From Yuukianura sp. NJ FZ-2021 (lineage: Eukaryota), in the NCBI GenBank assembly GCA_046563655.1, contig CM102289.1, forward strand, positions 6,944,001 to 7,008,000: a stretch of DNA of 64,000 nt, in the 5' to 3' direction. The notes under the pieces are model-generated. The model was given only the letters and a program-made list of their open reading frames with translations. It was not told where the DNA came from and did no database searches. The position numbers and the translations under genes are program-made. Of this stretch, positions 36,329 to 48,749 are shown one piece after another (position 1 is the stretch's first letter; every line of letters begins with the position of its first letter).

Positions 36329-38569
36329 ATGCGTGTGGTCACTCCGCAAATTACTTGGCATAACAGGGACCCTGTCCTTTGTGTAGACTTTGACCCAAGC
36401 TCCTGTACTGCTGAGGGTGCAGAAAATTCAGGAGGAAAAACTGGATTCTATCGTTTAGCTACCGGTGGATCAGATTCTCACGTACTGGTGAGTTAACAAG
36501 GGAGTTATGATTACATTCACCTTCCACGGTGAATGTAATCATAAAGTGAATTTCTTTAATAGCATGTAACGCTTGGCTTGTATTTAGATATGGCATTTAA
36601 GCAACGCGACATCCGTTAAAGTCGACCTTCTTTGTGTCGCTGAACTCACACGACATGCGAAGGCAGTAAATACATTGAGGTTTAGTCCTTGTGGGAAATT
36701 CCTGGCTTCAGCAGACGACGGTAATTTTCTACTTGGCAGTTTCGTCTTCTTCGATTCCGATGTGTATTTACTATAAATACTGTATCTTGAATTCAACTGA
36801 AAACTGATGTTGGTCTAAACTTAGATGCTTACGTTTATATCTGGAAAAATGAACTGGACAAACTCAAACCCAACGAGGAGTGCTGGATGGTTGAAAAGGC
36901 TTTACGTAAACATATCGATGACGTTTGCGACATGTCCTGGTCGGCAGACAGTTCGCGCCTTGTTACCACGTCTGTTGACAATTCCGCAATTATCTGGGAC
37001 GTAAAGAAGGTACACAACAATGCTTTTTGTTTGTAATTTTTGATGTACATACGCGGATACTTTTGCCACTGACACTTCCTGACCAGACTTGTTTTTGTTT
37101 CTTTGAAGGGAGTTTCACTACACATTCTATCAGAACACGTCGGTTTCGTCCAAGGAGCAAGTTTTGACCCGAATGGAGATTTTGTTGCTACAGTTGCGAC
37201 GGATCGGTAAGGTGAAGCATGAAGCCAACTACTTCGGGACCTGTCGTGGCAATAAAAAAATTAACTGAATAGCATTTCACCTTTCAGATTTCTAAGGATC
37301 TTCAACTCTCAAACGGGGAAACTAACATCGAAAGCGTTAAAGTATCCTTCAAAATGGCTCTCAAAAGAGAAGAAAGTGGTCTCAAAAGACGAAAGCAGTG
37401 CTTCGTCCCCAGACGAGAAGCAGAACGCTCAGCCGAAAAAGACTACACCCCCACCATGCAACAGACTATTCGAAGATGACACTTTAAAATCCTTTTGCCG
37501 ACGACTCAATTTTTCGCCAAAAGGAGAGTTTCTGGTTGTTCCGGGTGGGATTTTACCTCCACCGAAACCTGATCGTGACGAGCCGAACGACAAATCACCA
37601 ACCGATGTTGAAGTTGAAGCGAAGAGCTCGAAGAAGGCGAAAGAAACTAATAAGCAGAAACCAGTTTCAGACAGAAATGCCGTCGTCTTATTTTGTCGTA
37701 ATTCATTCACGAATCCGTGTGCTGTCATTCCGATCGGAAAGTCGTACTCCATCGCGACACGATTCTGTCCTTCGTACTTTCAGAGAAACCGAGACGTAAT
37801 CCCCTACGGTAAGTATTAGTTTGTTTTGACTGTAAACTCTCATTCGTTTGGTGCATTTTTTTGTTTATATTGTAACTTTGTAGACCAGGAATTGGTTAAT
37901 CCAACGAAAAAAAGTGAACGGATGATCACTTGTGTTGGTAAGCTCGGAATTGCCCGAAAGAGCAAAACACCCCTGTTGGACATGCCGTATCGTCTCGTGT
38001 TTGCTGTTGGCACAAATGACTCAGGTAAATCCGTAAATCAATCACCGTTTCTCAACAATTGGAAGTTTCTTCTTAAAAAAGAACTGCATTTAAAGGTTGA
38101 TTGTATTGTAAAATGTTTTTAAATCTCTACAGTAATCATCAGCGACACAGATTCGCCAGTTCCCTTGGCCGTGGTGCGGAACATTCATTTGACACGTTTA
38201 TCAGACTTAAGTTGGTCGGCAGACGGCAGACTTCTCATCGTTTCCTCTACGGACGGGTACTGCTCAGTTATTAGTTTCGAAGAAAATGAGCTTGGGATCC
38301 CAATGACCAATGAAGAAGTAGTTCCAGCGACAATTCAAGCGTTTCCAGTACCTCCGCAATTAGTGAAGGAAAAGACTCCAAAGATAACAAAGAAGCGCCC
38401 ATCGGAACAGATTGCTGTAAGTGCCAGTAATCCGAAGAAAATGAAACGAAACGAAACAACACCTCCAAGTGCAAAATCCAAGAAAAAAGATCCAGCTACT
38501 AAAACGCCAACTACTAATCGGATCATTCCAAAATTCTTTCAGCCCAATTTCAAACTAGGTTCGAGTTAA
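36329..38569 (+). CDS. CHAF1B: Chromatin assembly factor 1 subunit B (p60, WD40)
   Basis: MRVVTPQITWHNRDPVLCVDF start, RLATGGSDSHV, LTRHAKAVNTLRFSPCG, LFEDDTLKSFCRRLNFSP, MPYRLVFAVGT, NIHLTRLSDLSWSADG, SSTDGYCS; seven exons. Confidence 0.9.
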
Positions 38570-39184
38570 ATTAGAAAAGTTTACTACCACAAAGCCTTCT
38601 TTACAAAACGTCCATTTTCCACATTAGAGGAACACTAAAATACACTCATTTTCGCCATTGTTTTCAATATTTCAATACAAAACGTTAAAACTTAATGGAC
38701 GCATTTCCAATCTTCGTTTTACTTTTCGGAAATAATATGATTCTATCAGAAGTCAGAGATTGCGACCTTTATCTGCGAGAAAGTACGGTAATCCATACGT
38801 TTAATTTTCGTTTCAACACGTTTAACTCATTAATCTTTTTGAAATTCGTCACGTATTATCGAATGATCCTTGATGTGACGCATTCATTTGGATTCTTGAA
38901 ATGAAATGGCCGCGTAAGTTTGTTATTGGATTACATCAGCCCTCACCAGGGCATCTTGCGGCATTGCAATGCATTTGTGTACAGGGACCTGACACATTTC
39001 AAGATTCATTCACCCGTTCGCTTTCTCAGAAAACTGACAGATACACTAGGACCGAACAACAGCAGTGAATTGCAGATCGGTGATCGTCTACTTCACAAGT
39101 GGTGTAACGCATTAAACAATTGCTTTGGTTCGTCTTCAAATAAATTGGGTTTGAATTCTCTACTCAATTATAAGCAGATCCTCC

Positions 39185-41497
39185 ATGGCGACAGAAACAG
39201 TGGATCAGCTGGATAACCTTAGTCTGAGTAAGTGGGCTTGTTCAACTTTCACGTAGTCTGAATTTAGTCAATTGAATATTATACATGGATTCTTCTTTGT
39301 ATCTTAGGTGACAAGGTCGTCTACACGTCAGAAAAACTAGGCAATGATGAAACTGGGGATGGTACGGAAGTTAACCCATTCAAAACTGTTATTCAAGCGT
39401 TGCGGGCAGCAGGGAAAGAGCCATGGCCAAGTATTTACGTCGATGGAAAAGAAGAGGGAAAGGTTGGTGAATTGGAATAAGAATTTGTAAAGAAGCATGT
39501 TCTTCTTAATCATGGTCTTTTTAATTATGAATCTCTTTAGGCCTTTGAACTTGTCGCCAAGTCACAATTGAAGAAGGTTCTGAAGATTTATGTTCGAGAA
39601 ACGCATAAGGACGCGGCAGCAGCAGCAAAGGAAGGTATGGATGCAGAATTACGTTTGAAAAACTTGGAAGAAGCGAAAAAGGTAAAGAAGTTAACATCAA
39701 ATCTCATGAGTTAAGGTAACAGAAATACTAAAAACCGATTTCTAACAATCGTTTTCAATTTCTCCAGGTAGTAATTGAACAAAACAAGTCCCTTCCAGCA
39801 GCTCTTCGTATCAAAATTAGAGACGCTCCAACTAACAAGGAGAAACGTGTGCAAATCTTTGGCTGGGTTCATCGTCTTCGAAGACAAGGTAACGAATATT
39901 CATAGTTTTTTATTCTAATCTCTACCAGTTAAGTTGCAGTTATGCCTTTTTTGAAATCTAATACACAGAATGGTTCTTATCTAGGAAAGGCGCTGATGTT
40001 TATCACGCTTCGAGATGGAACTGGATATCTACAGTGCGTACTTACGGATAAGCTTTGTCAAACGTACAACGCCTTGCTCCTTGCCACCGAGTCTTCCGTC
40101 TGCTTTTACGGCACTTTGGAGGCCGTTCCGGAGGGGAAACGAGTACGTACGATTCCATTTTCCCTGTACTGTTACATTTTTTTCATGTTTTCACTGAATT
40201 TTATTTGTATTTTTCAGGCTCCAGGAGGGGTTGAGCTAAAAGTTGATTTTTGGGAACTCATTGGTCATTCCCCCGCAGGCGGGGCCGAAGCTATTTTGAA
40301 CGAAGACGCACATCCGGATGTTCAACTGGATCAACGGCACATTATGATTCGTGGAGAAAATACTTGTAAAGTACTCAGAGTTCGGTCCGCTCTTATGCAG
40401 GCATTCCGGGATCATTACTTTGCTGCAGGATACTGCGAAGTCAACCCACCGACATTGGTACAAACACAAGTTGAAGGAGGAGCAACTCTTTTCAAGCTGA
40501 AGTACTTCGGTGAAGAGGCCTATCTTACCCAAAGTTCTCAGTTGTATCTGGAAACATGCCTGCCGTCCTTGGGAGACGTTTTCTGCGTTGCTCAAAGTTA
40601 CCGAGCAGAACAGAGTCGAACTCGGCGCCATTTGGCGGAGTACACTCATGTGGAAGCTGAATGTGCATTCATAAGTTTTGATGATCTGTTGGATCGTCTT
40701 GAGGATCTAGTTTGTGATGTAGTCGATCGTGTTTTGCAAAAGTGTGGAGATTTGGTCTATGAACTTAACCCGGAGTTCCTACCACCAAAGCGTCCGTTCA
40801 AAAGAATGGACTATGCAGAAGGAATTAAATGGTTGAAGGAAAATGGAGTAACTAAGGACGATGGATCGTTCTATGAATTCGGAGAGGTGAGTTTCCTGCA
40901 CGACAGGAAGCAAGTTTTTTTTTAAATCGGGAGTATTGAATTCATCTTGTAATTCTGTTGCAGGATATACCGGAAATGCCTGAACGAAAAATGACTGACA
41001 CCATCAACGAACCGATCTTGTTTACAAGATTTCCAGCAGGAATCAAAGCGTTCTACATGTCTCGATGTCCAGAAGATCGAGAATTGACAGAATCCGTAAG
41101 AATCTGGCCGCATGATGGCCGTTTTCCAACTTAGTGTTAAATCTTTTTGGTTTTTTTTAAATTCAGGTGGATGTTCTCTTACCAAACGTTGGAGAAATTG
41201 TTGGTGGGTCAATGCGTATCAACGACTATGACGAAATGGTAGCTGCCTATAAGACGGCCGGGATCGATCCCGCTCCGTATTATTGGTATACTGATCAGGT
41301 AAGGATTGTCAGCATTTTTTGCCCGTAGTTGATACTTAAACTAATTGTTGGAACTACAATGGTAGCGAAAATTCGGTACGACTCCACACGGTGGCTATGG
41401 ATTGGGATTGGAACGGTTTCTATGCTGGCTCCTCAACCGGTACCATATTCGTGAGGCTTGCTTGTACCCAAGATTTCTGGAACGATGTCGACCATAA
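39185..41497 (+). CDS. NARS1: Cytoplasmic asparaginyl-tRNA synthetase
   Basis: [97 protein letters not shown]. Confidence 0.96.
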
Positions 41498-42130
41498 TCC
41501 ATGCAAAGTCCAACGGTCGAACAATGGGATTCATAAACTGAATTGAAAAGGATTTCAATTGTATTAGTCTTAAGAATTTTTTCAACTATTTGCAAATTCA
41601 TAATTTCGGGTAATTTACTTAATTTTTTGGGCTGTGAAATTCGAAAGTTTGTTTTTAGTTATTCTAGTAACTGCTGTACTACTGGCTGTCAAATGCTTGT
41701 TTGTAGTAAGCCAGTAGTGTTCACTATTATAACTAAATATGTCAGGGAATTTAGTAAATTGGTGTTAATTTGCTTTATCAATGAGACGTTTAGATGGATT
41801 CGGAAACTTTTATTTTTAGACAAGGATACTTGAGCAACATATGGGGATCCCATTGCCGTTTACAGCGAGTCAAAATTTCGCGCGCAGTTTAAAATGTATA
41901 GGTAAATCGAGTTTTTATTCGAGGGATCTTAATCGAGGAAACCAATTGATTAACGCCATTAAAAGCAAGGCATTTTTAACACACCAGCCAAGATTAGGTG
42001 GTCAGGGTTAAATTTTAGTTAAAGTTTTAATAATTTCGCAAGTGCCTTTCAAAAATGTTAATCGTCCTTCGTCCATGTTCACGGTTCACTATAAATAACA
42101 TAATTTATTAGTACAACAAACTTAACAATG

Positions 42131-43923
42131 TTAAGATGTTCGTTGTTTTTCACATCTTGAAATGAATTCGGTTACGGCGTTGCAGGTAGCTGGATGTTCG
42201 CAACGAATTTCATACTTTTCGTCTCTGCATTCCTGAAGTTCGCAGTTCTCAAGGGGAAATACTTTTCCGCAGCGACTTCCAACGCCCGCGACACATCCGA
42301 TGTTCTCCTGGTACCGAGCCGATTGATCAATACATGCACAAGTACCGTCGATACAAGCCAGTCCTTCTTGGAAGTTGCATCTAGCTTGAGTCGTACGTTG
42401 TACGGTACACTGTGCACCGTGAGTCACGAAACACTCACCGGTACGCGACTCTCGAAAACCCGGTAAACATGTACTTGTACCGTTTACACAAACGGCATGC
42501 TCAGTCAGTTGTACCTGTAGCATGGAATCGCAAGGTGCTCCCACTAGGTCAATACAAGACCGCTTGTCGGTTGACACTTTTTGCGAAAGTGATTTGGCAC
42601 ATCGGCAAGTCCCGTCGACACAGCTCATCCCTGGTAGGCAATCGTTAGTTCGCCTACATTTGTCTCCGTAGTTTACATAACAAAAACCGTCAACAGATTT
42701 AAATCCAGTATCGCATTCGCATTTGTAAGAAGTTACTGAATTATACGAATACGAAGAGGACTGTAACTGAGGAATACACTGTGAATTTTGCCCGCATTTA
42801 TACTGCCACGAATACGAACTAGACGTACATGAATGACCAACTGGAACACGACATGCGGCACTCCGAGCTTCCCATTTTCTGGGTGCACGACATTCGCAGA
42901 ACCCGTTTGTACAAATGAGTCCATTGGACCTGTCACATCGATTATTACTTTCTGTACTGTGCATTGTGCTGTTACCGTCGTCGGTACATTCCTCTCCGAA
43001 AAGTTTCACCGGAACACATTTTCGACCAGTGGCTTCATCAGGACCGAATCCTGGTTTGCATTTACAAGTCGTTCCAGCTCCAGAAGAAAATGTATTGTAG
43101 ATGCAGTGAGAGTTTGGCGGGCATTGAGGAAGGGCAGCAATTGCTTTTACAAACCGCAAAGCCTGTCCCGCATGAAGAAATTGACCTTGCTGTTGTGAAT
43201 TAGCTTGGTTCGCTTCCAACTCCTTCAACATAAAATCTGGAAAACCATGCACAATTTTGTATTCAGACATTTAAACATTTTGTATGCTTAAATTTTTGCG
43301 TCCCAATTTTTAAAAAAGTTGCATTAATTCCTACCTCTTTGCTCTCTTTCGTCACAAAATGCGTCGAGCGGAATGAAACACTGTTCGGCATCTTTATCAT
43401 AGTACGAACGGTACTTCCGGTCAGAACAATCTTCATTCGAGTAGCACAGTGAATAGTTACCATTCCAAATGGCTCCCTTGTGCCTACAGTGGCATGTCTT
43501 AGTAGCGTTCCTACATTCAAGCCCGGCGTCACGATTGCAAGGAACGGTGCTGCAGGATTGATTGAATAGTTTCCCGGCCACGCATGATTTGAAATCGGTA
43601 GTCGGAACAAAATTTTTGTCACAACCGCAGTATCCTGTCATGGTATCCTCTCCTGCTCTATAACCAAAAGAAGATGCTTGTTCAGGACAAACGACTTTCC
43701 CGGTTTGGAGAAATTCATATGGAATTCCTTTTCCGTTGCCAACTTTCAGAATACAGCGTTGCCGCTTTTCTTGAAAGAACACGGCGTCACCGAATTGGTC
43801 ACATCTTTCTTTGAGCGAAATTCGACGACCAGGGTTTTCAGCTGGAATTGAATCGGAATAAATTATGCAAACAAAATTTGAAAGTATCAGCGCGAAGGCA
43901 AGAACCAAATATGGAGACGCCAT
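42131..43923 (-). CDS. Secreted multi-repeat cysteine-rich (EB/EGF-like) protein, about 565 aa
   Basis: Exons 43923-43335 and 43236-42131 join in frame (QR-D-FMLK). Signal peptide; repeated C..x..GL.C..G.C.C modules; no TM segment. Confidence 0.8.
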
Positions 43924-44895
43924 TTTGTTCTGTTTGAGATTTTCAACTACGGACTAAAACTCTAGAAAATCAGTGTTATGCTTAGTATTTATAAGAGTTT
44001 TTAAACAAAGTCTTAAATTGGCAGTTAATTGCAGTAAATTACATTTAAGTTCAACTGCTTTAATTCATGCAACGAAAGAACGCAACGGAAAAGTTAATTT
44101 GCTGTCGCTTCTCAATAAGTGGTTTCTACCGCATACCACATGAAGATGACCATGACCAATGTAATGGAGTAATTTCAAGTAAATGGGTAGAAAAATAAGC
44201 GTATTTGCTTTAAATTGAAAAAATTGCTGTTTAGGTTGCTGGAAGTCGAAGTACTAAAACTTTTAAGTATGTAGACAACGACATCCAGATGCAGATGCAG
44301 AAACCTAACAAAATTTGAATTCGATGATCGAATTTCGATCTGTGAATTCTAATTTGATTCTCTTTTTCCATACTTCGATACGATATGAGTGACCTTGATG
44401 TGCCAATTGTCGCACTTTGATCATTCAATTCAATTCCTCTCTCGTATCGATCATTCACTTTTTCGGACGATTGACTGACCTAATCAAATCAACAATACAA
44501 ACAAAAATTAACGCGTCTGGCGTGTTACCCCACCCCTACCTATTTACGTTGAAAGTTATTCATTTGCAAGGATTATAGGGAATTTTTGACTTTGCGAAAC
44601 TTCAAAATTTTGGCATTTCCCTTTCAAGAAAGGAAGTAATGCTAAATCGCAACGAAATGTGATTCAAACACGAAGTTTTGCCACTGGCAAAACACTTGCT
44701 AAAACGTCCTGTGGCGAAATGCAAAACATAAAACGAAAACAAACTTTTTTTTTTTAGTTTTCAAAATAACGACTGATAAGAAAGCAGCTGACGTTTTTCT
44801 AATTTTAGTTTTAGTTGTGGATTTCCTATAGTACCTATTCAATTCTCTTTAATTGGTTGGTGTACCTTCACTTTCAGCTTCGTACAAAGAAAAAC

Positions 44896-45995
44896 ATGGC
44901 TGTCATGAACCCGTGCTGCTGCTCGCTCCGAACAGGAACGATGGCCGTCGCCATTTTCAATATTGTAAGTAAATTGTTTCATTTCCGCTCATAAAACCTA
45001 ATCATTTAAGTAGCACATGAAATGTTGTTATCCTTGGTGGAATGTAATTTAAAGCAATACGTTTTATTTGTTTTAGTGTGAATCCGTTGTGTTTCTTCTG
45101 TACCATGTATTTCAAGCGCTCATCGGCGCTGGCGTTGTATACGCAGTTTCAGAGGCCAAGAGGAATTCCAAGTCAGACGAGCCCAGCCCCAACTATTACA
45201 ACAGGAATTCTAACAATGATGGGGAAGATGAAGATATCGGAGGTGATTTGAATTTTTTCTGGTTTTGGAAACCATTTACAGCTAGTAATGGTCTGGTCAA
45301 TGTGGTTGAATCTCCTCTTCATGTTCAGAGATGATTTTACAAAAATTTTCAGGGTGGACTACTAGTCTTGTGTCGCTAATTTTGGCAACTATCCTCATTA
45401 CCTTCTTTATGGTGAACATCGTTGTGTCCATCTTGCTTCTAGTCGGAGCGAAGCAGGTACTGAAACGCACATCCACGATTACCAAAGACTTTATGATGAA
45501 GAATATCAGTATTTACTGTGACATTTGTTCTAGGCTAATGTTTCCAAATGCTGGACCTGGTTTGTAGTCATATCGATCTTTCTCTTGTTCTACATCTTCT
45601 ACAAAGTTGCGATTACAACCATGACGATTGTTACTGCTGGACTCCTTACTGGCCTAGTCCTTATCCTGCTTGATATGTTCTTCGCCCTTCTATTGATTCT
45701 GGCGACATGCTACCAACTTTGGGTAGTGTATGCCTACGTCGATGAACTGAAAAGCGGTCGTCGATCTGGAGGGGGAACGGAATATCCGGGCGTTGTTTAT
45801 TCAGTCACACCGAAACATGAAAACCAACCAGCATCAGCTCCGCATTTCCCACCAATGGACTATGGGTCACCGCCGCCACCGTACCAACCAACGACGTATG
45901 CTCCCACCTCCGAACAACCGGCTAGGCCAAGAGGTCCATACAATCCAGCGGGTGTTGGTCATTTCGTCCTGCCAGTCCTTACCACCAAACAGTGA
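44896..45995 (+). CDS. Four-TM LAPTM/DUF4728-like membrane protein
   Basis: MAVMNPCCCSLRTGTMAVAIFNI start, SILLLVGA, four hydrophobic segments, C-terminal PPPY motif; four exons. Confidence 0.7.
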
Positions 45996-46692
45996 AAAGG
46001 TTTCCTGTCGTTCGTACCTAAGATTCTGGACAATTTATAGTCGTTATTATAACTTCAGCATAGCAGCATTAGCTTTCTAATCAATCGAACAACGTTCGAG
46101 TCGGTATTGCCTAATATTACTTCCAAACTTCCTTCGATCTGAACTTTCAGTTGATCTTCCTTACAATCTGTATTATAATCAGTCATGTAAAACTGTGCAA
46201 TATTGGATGTGAACGATACACATTCACTTTCCTTTTATTTTTTATGGAAATAGTGTTTGAAAATGTCCGTCTTGTTAAGTGCCTATCAAAACGGTATGAC
46301 TGTCTAAAAGATATTATTTTGGTTGACATGTGCAAATTTAAGATTGGCAACTATTTCCCTCGGGAAGTTTTAGCTATTTATAAATATACAGCATCTTCTG
46401 CATTTAAAAAAATAAACGAATTATTTTAGTTTGCATAACTTCTATTTAGTGTTTTCAGTTAAAGTAAATCGATTTGCAGGCTAACCCCCATTTCTGCCTT
46501 CGAAATTGGTTTTCTCAATCTTTCTCCAGGCCGCTCGGAAATCAAACTCGAAGTTCTGTTTTTTTTTCTCGTCGGATAGGATCATTTTTTAGTTGTTGTG
46601 ATTTCAACTCGGCTCGAGAGAGACGACGAGAGTTAGTCAAAGAAATCTAGTATAGTAATTTAATTGAATTGTAAACTGTAAGGAACGGTAAC

Positions 46693-47309
46693 ATGGGCAT
46701 TCAGTTCCAAAACTTGAAGTCTGGTGACGGTAAGAACATAAATTGTTAAGAATTTCTAATTGACAAACCGTTCTCCTGTCACTCACATAATTTGTTTGTA
46801 GGTTCCACATTTCCGGAGAAAGGTCAGACTGTAACAGTACATTATGTCGGAACGTTAACCGATGGGAAGAAATTTGATTCATCTCGAGACAGAAATGAAC
46901 CTTTGAAGTTTAAGATCGGCGGAGGTCAAGTAATCAAAGGCTGGGAAGATGCAATTTACCAAGTGAGTTTCGCTAATGACGTTTAAAACGAGTTATCAAT
47001 ATATTGGTAAAAATTAAACAAGTTACTAATTAAGTTTTTTTTTGTAGATGAGTGTTGGGCAGAAAGCCCGAGTTACAATCCCACCAGGTAGAATTCTTGC
47101 AAATGCCTTAAATTTGTTTCCGATTCCGGAGCTAAACGTTTTAAATCGTTTATCTTTTTCTAGAGCTTGGCTATGGCGGAGCAGGAAATCCGCCACTTAT
47201 CCCGAAGAATGCAACGCTAATATTCGAAATGGAATTGATCAATGTTGAAAGTACAAAAGCTAAAGGTGGAGCTGGTGGCGGCGGTGGTGGCAAGAAAGGA
47301 AAAAAATAA
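46693..47309 (+). CDS. FKBP12-like peptidyl-prolyl isomerase with Gly/Lys-rich tail
   Basis: [74 protein letters not shown]; tail [17 protein letters not shown]. Confidence 0.92.
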
Positions 47310-48749
47310 TTCGAACGCAAGTCCAAATGAAATACTTGGGTACTTTGCTGAAGTCACATTTGATATTTTTTGGGAATAAGATGTTGGAAATCTCAGATTT
47401 TCAATTCATAATAAAAATCATTGGATCATGATTCTGTTCATTGTTACATTAATAATTTACCTTGCAATTCATATTTACGTTTTTATGTCAACATTTCTAG
47501 ATTGTCCAATCAGGGACTGTTGATGATGGACCTGAATTTTAGAACCTGAAATTTTGTCGCATTGATCGCTCTTTACCATTATCTCAGTTTTAGCCAATTC
47601 TTAAGGATAATGATACCTATCCACATCCGGAGTTCCAACACGTAAGTAATTAATTACTTCGTTTTCCATCGTAATGCTCATGCGTGCCCACCCTTAAAAC
47701 TCAAAACGAATGATCGGTTCACGGTTTCGTGCGGTCTCAAGTTTTTCGTCGTAAATTTTTTTTTCAACCTCCTACAGGATTAGAACCCAGAACCAACAGT
47801 AACGCGGCAATCAAAAACGGAACCAAGCATTAAGCATATTCTACAGCTACGCCATCGCCATGTTGGAAACGATTGACAAGTGTTGGTTTCAATACGAATT
47901 AAGACCTTGGGCATTCCGAATTATTCAATCTTTTAATATAATTGCAATTTCTAGTGCATGAGTCTAATTTTTTTTTCCAGTTATCAATTCCTAACGGTAC
48001 TAATTCGTTTCATTTCTGCGCTGCCGAACCGAAGCGATGGATGTTATCTCTATCACTTAAACTCTTGTGCTTGGTGTCTGAGTGGGCTGAGTGGTTGCTG
48101 GCACATGCAAAAGAGTAGGAGAGAAGAGTAATCAAAACAGACGAGGACAGAGAGCCAAGTAGTCTACAACACTTACTACGAGGCGAGAGATCCCCTCAAT
48201 TAATTTATTCCTCAACTACTTACACTTTCAATTGATTACCAAACTTATATCCCACCCAACCCCATACCCAACGTCGTCGTTCGTAAGGTAGCCCTATACG
48301 GTTACACTTTACACCTTTCAGTCTCTCCTAGAGGTCATATTCGGAAAGTGGAACAAGTGGGGCTCGCTCTCAGGTCCAAGGAATAATTACACGGACAAGG
48401 ACAACAACGGATAGACACAGATCACATCCTGATTAGTTCGACCTTCGAGAGAAGATATCTGATTGATCCACAAAGAGTAAGTTCGACATATGCCAGCCAA
48501 AGCTGCTGTTTAGCGTCTATTCATCAGTACACAAGTATCAACTGTAATTTTTTTTTTGAGTTAGAGTTGACTGAAAGCGGCGTTTCAGGATCATGTATCG
48601 AAATGTAGCTGGGGTCACTTCGCTCACCGTAGTGAATCGTCGCGAATCAAGGTTCCACTTGGAGATATTGTACGTTGAATCTTTTGACATCTTCAATCAA
48701 AGCGATTTTGGTAAAAAGTTTCATTTGTTTCTTGAATTGCAGTTAAAGA

